Source: Candidatus Parcubacteria bacterium (GTDB lineage: Bacteria > Patescibacteriota > Patescibacteriia > Patescibacteriales > UBA12075). Taken from it: a stretch of DNA of 64,000 bases. The notes beneath the pieces were generated by a model that was not told the origin of the DNA, searched no databases, and saw nothing but the letters and a program-made list of their open reading frames with translations. Each line of letters opens with the position of its first letter. Position 1 is the stretch's first letter. The DNA is taken from the NCBI GenBank assembly GCA_023132155.1, contig JAGLYP010000023.1, positions 11,504 through 75,503 on the forward strand, read 5' to 3'. The position numbers were made by a program, and so were the translations under genes. Below are positions 61,487-64,000 of the stretch, piece after piece.

Positions 61487-62116
61487 ATGGCAAAAGATTT
61501 AAGTTCAAAATGTAAAAAGTGCCGCAGGGCGGGAGAAAAATTGTTTTTAAAGGGAGAACGCTGCAATACTCCGAAGTGCGCCATGGTAAAAAGAAATTAT
61601 CCGCCGGGATTTCATGGCTCAAAAGGAAGGCGCAGGATTACCGGCTATGGCGCGCAATTGAATGAAAAACAAAAAGCAAAGCGCCAATATAACTTGTTGG
61701 AAAAGCAATTTCGTTTGACTTTTGATAAAGCGCGGAAAAAAAGCGGAGATGCCGGTGAGAATTTTTTGCAATTTTTGGAAATGAGAATTGATAACGCAAT
61801 TTACCGTTCCGGCTTTGCTAGTTCGCGTCCTCAAGCAAGGCAATTGGTAAACCACGGGCATTTTGCGGTTAATGGCAAAAAGGTAACAATTCCATCCTAT
61901 ATTTTAAAAAGCGGAGATTTAATCGCGCTAAGAAAAACTAAAAAAGACTGCAAATTACATAAAATAATGCTGGATGCCTTGCAAAAAAAGGAAATTCCGG
62001 GGTGGATGAATTTTGATAAAGCCGAAAATACGGTAAAAATTTTACATAAACCCGGCATGGATATGATTAATCCGAATTTTGAGGTGCGGCAAATTATTGA
62101 ATATTATTCAAAATAA
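61487..62116 (+). CDS. rpsD: 30S ribosomal protein S4
   Basis: CKKCRRAGEKLFLKG, LEMRIDN, QARQLVNHGH, IIEYYSK. Confidence 0.97.
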   Translation: MAKDLSSKCKKCRRAGEKLFLKGERCNTPKCAMVKRNYPPGFHGSKGRRRITGYGAQLNEKQKAKRQYNLLEKQFRLTFDKARKKSGDAGENFLQFLEMRIDNAIYRSGFASSRPQARQLVNHGHFAVNGKKVTIPSYILKSGDLIALRKTKKDCKLHKIMLDALQKKEIPGWMNFDKAENTVKILHKPGMDMINPNFEVRQIIEYYSK

Positions 62117-62117
62117 T

Positions 62118-62169
62118 GTTATCAGCTTCGCTGACCCGTCTCTACAAATACGGGACATGCGAATTATAA
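62118..62169 (-). repeat. TTCGCATGTCCCG element, copy 4 (reverse orientation)
   Basis: Reverse complement TTATAATTCGCATGTCCCGTATTTGTAGAGACGGGTCAGCGAAGCTGATAAC. Confidence 0.85.
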
Positions 62170-62200
62170 TTTAAGATTTATTAATTAATATTAAAAAAAT

Positions 62201-63040
62201 ATGGAGAACATCGCTTTACCCAGAAATGTAAAATTTAACAAAGGTGAAAGTGATAATGAGGCGCGAATTATAGTTGAACCTTGTTTTCCCGGCTATGGCG
62301 TAACTTTGGGCAATTCAGTTAGAAGAGTTCTGCTTTCAAGTCTGTCCGGCGCGGCTCCGGTTGGTATCGTGATTGAAGGAGTTAGCCATGAATTTACGGC
62401 ATTGCCGCATTTAAAAGAAGATATTTTAGAGTTTATTTTAAATGTTAAACAACTGCGCTTAAAAATGCATATTGATGAAACGGTTATTTTAAATTTGGAA
62501 GTTCATGGAAAAAAAATAATTAAAGCCTCTGATATTGAGCTAAATTCGCAAGTTGAAATTGTTAATCCTGATTTAGAGCTTGGTACAATAACCGATATGG
62601 CGGGTAAAATAAACGCCAAGATATATGTTAAAAAAGGCATGGGTTATGTTACCATTGAAAGCCGTGAAGAAAAACAGGACATTGTAAATTATATAGAGAT
62701 GGATTCAATTTTTTCTCCAATTGTTTTAGCCGGCGTAAAAGTTGAAAATGTTCGTGTCGGCAAGATGACTAACTGGGATAAGTTGGTTTTAGACCTTAAA
62801 ACAGATGGCACAATTACTCCAAAAGAAGCTTTTTGCGCTTCAGTTGAAATATTAATTAAACAGCTTTTAGCGTTAATTCCGAAAGAAAGCGTAAAAGATA
62901 TTTCAGAAGATAAAACCGGGGATATTGAAGAAAAAACAGAAAAAAAAGAAGAAGTTGAAAAAAAAGAAAAAAAAGAAAAGGTTGAAAAAAATGAAGTGAA
63001 AGAAAAAAAGAAAAAGCGAGGACGGCCAAAAAAATCATAA
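62201..63040 (+). CDS. rpoA: RNA polymerase alpha subunit lacking the canonical alpha-CTD
   Basis: EPCFPGYGVTLGNSVRRVLLSS, HEF, DSIFSP, TDGTITP; then K/E tail ending KKRGRPKKS. Confidence 0.93.
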   Translation: MENIALPRNVKFNKGESDNEARIIVEPCFPGYGVTLGNSVRRVLLSSLSGAAPVGIVIEGVSHEFTALPHLKEDILEFILNVKQLRLKMHIDETVILNLEVHGKKIIKASDIELNSQVEIVNPDLELGTITDMAGKINAKIYVKKGMGYVTIESREEKQDIVNYIEMDSIFSPIVLAGVKVENVRVGKMTNWDKLVLDLKTDGTITPKEAFCASVEILIKQLLALIPKESVKDISEDKTGDIEEKTEKKEEVEKKEKKEKVEKNEVKEKKKKRGRPKKS

Positions 63041-63059
63041 AATAATTTAGCGAATAACC

Positions 63060-63410
63060 ATGAGGCATAGAGTTAAAAAAAATATTTTAGGCAGAAAAAA
63101 AGAGCCGAGAGAAATGATGTTAAGGAATTTAACATCCAGTATTTTAATATATGAAAAAGTAAAAACCACCAAAGCGAAAGCGAAGGCCGTAAAACCGTTA
63201 GTTGAAAAGGCGATTACCGCGGCAAAAAAAGGCGATTTAGCCGCCAGAAGATCTTTGATTGAGAAATTACCTCAAAAAATGGCAATTAAAAAAGCAATGG
63301 AAGTTCTTGGTGAAAAATACAAAGAAAGAAAAGGCGGCTATACAAGAATTATTAATTTACCGCAAAGACAGGGCGATGGAGCTGAGATGGCGCAGATTGA
63401 GTTAGTTTAA
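63060..63410 (+). CDS. rplQ: 50S ribosomal protein L17
   Basis: MRHR, KTTKAKAK, RKGGYTRI, RQGDGAEMA. Confidence 0.96.
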   Translation: MRHRVKKNILGRKKEPREMMLRNLTSSILIYEKVKTTKAKAKAVKPLVEKAITAAKKGDLAARRSLIEKLPQKMAIKKAMEVLGEKYKERKGGYTRIINLPQRQGDGAEMAQIELV

Positions 63411-63417
63411 TTATAAA

Positions 63418-63487
63418 TGGGATTGTTGCGATTGTTGGGATTGTTAAGATTTTTGAGATACAATTCTCAAAAATCCTAAAAATCTCA
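63418..63487. repeat. Head-to-head nonamer array between rplQ and rplM
   Basis: gggattgttgcgattgttgggattgttaagattttt / aaaatcctaaaaatctc; same family as 16168-16257. Confidence 0.75.
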
Positions 63488-63513
63488 GTATAGAAAATAT
63501 TATAAAAAATACT

Positions 63514-63870
63514 ATGGAAAAAATAAGTAGAAAATTACATAAAGTTGACGCGGGAGGCAAGGCTGTCGGCCGTATCGCGACTGATATTGCTTTGATTTTG
63601 CGGGGAAAGAATAAGCCGGAATTTCAGCCTAATTCAGATTGCGGAGATATAGTTGAAGTTTTTAATATTGAAATGCTAAAGTTTTCCGGTAAAAAATTGG
63701 AGCAAAAAAAATATTACCATTATTCGGGCTACCAAGGCGGCTTAAAAGAAAAGAAGATGTCTGATCTGCTAGAGAGCAATCCCGGAGAAATATTATCAAG
63801 AGCGGTAAGAGAAATGCTGCCGCCGGTTAAATTTAGAAAAGCCATGTTGAAACGGCTGATTATTAAATAA
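63514..63870 (+). CDS. rplM: 50S ribosomal protein L13
   Basis: VDA..GR.AT.IA..LRGKNKP, DCGD, YSGYQGGLK, AVREMLP. Confidence 0.95.
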   Translation: MEKISRKLHKVDAGGKAVGRIATDIALILRGKNKPEFQPNSDCGDIVEVFNIEMLKFSGKKLEQKKYYHYSGYQGGLKEKKMSDLLESNPGEILSRAVREMLPPVKFRKAMLKRLIIK

Positions 63871-63874
63871 AATT

Positions 63875-64000
63875 ATGCAAAAGGCCCAAAAAACAAAAGA
63901 CGAAAAAAAAGCGGAAATTATTAAATTTAAAGGGAAATATATCAGCGCCACAGGCAGAAGAAAAACCTCTGTTTCCAGAGTGCGTTTGTATAAAAAAGGT
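63875..64000 (+). CDS. rpsI: 30S ribosomal protein S9 (5' part; runs off window)
   Basis: MQKAQK...ATGRRKTSVSRVRLYKKG, following rplM. Confidence 0.9.
   Translation, partial: MQKAQKTKDEKKAEIIKFKGKYISATGRRKTSVSRVRLYKKG

Overview
Low-GC, mostly housekeeping window from a bacterium that looks like Patescibacteria/CPR (Parcubacteria-like). This is inferred from gene content, SD-less core genes and an S-layer-like giant protein; the code is standard table 11. It contains pilB/pilC, rsmI, metG, tsaC, tatD, a full F-type ATP synthase operon, CIRCE-groES-groEL, HU, an ECF sigma/anti-sigma pair, tRNA-Thr/Glu/Gln, a DEAD helicase, guaB, typA, a Panacea-RelE toxin-antitoxin pair, mltG, a coupling-protein-like ATPase, alaS and the infA-rpsI ribosomal/alpha cluster. 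The main unexplained signals are non-coding. (1) A ~178-179 bp mini-element follows two different tRNAs, each with a hairpin, an inverted tRNA-end copy, a shared motif and a direct tRNA-end copy; a third tRNA carries a GIY-YIG nuclease islet. (2) A promoter- and terminator-bounded, pseudoknotted ~140-nt RNA candidate lies upstream of alaS. (3) At least five REP-like palindrome families are present, three inserted in frame in atpA, atpD and a GIY-YIG gene. (4) Head-to-head 7-9-mer repeat arrays occupy many operon junctions. RpoA also lacks its alpha-CTD and ends in an AT-hook. All calls were made by eye, without database searches.
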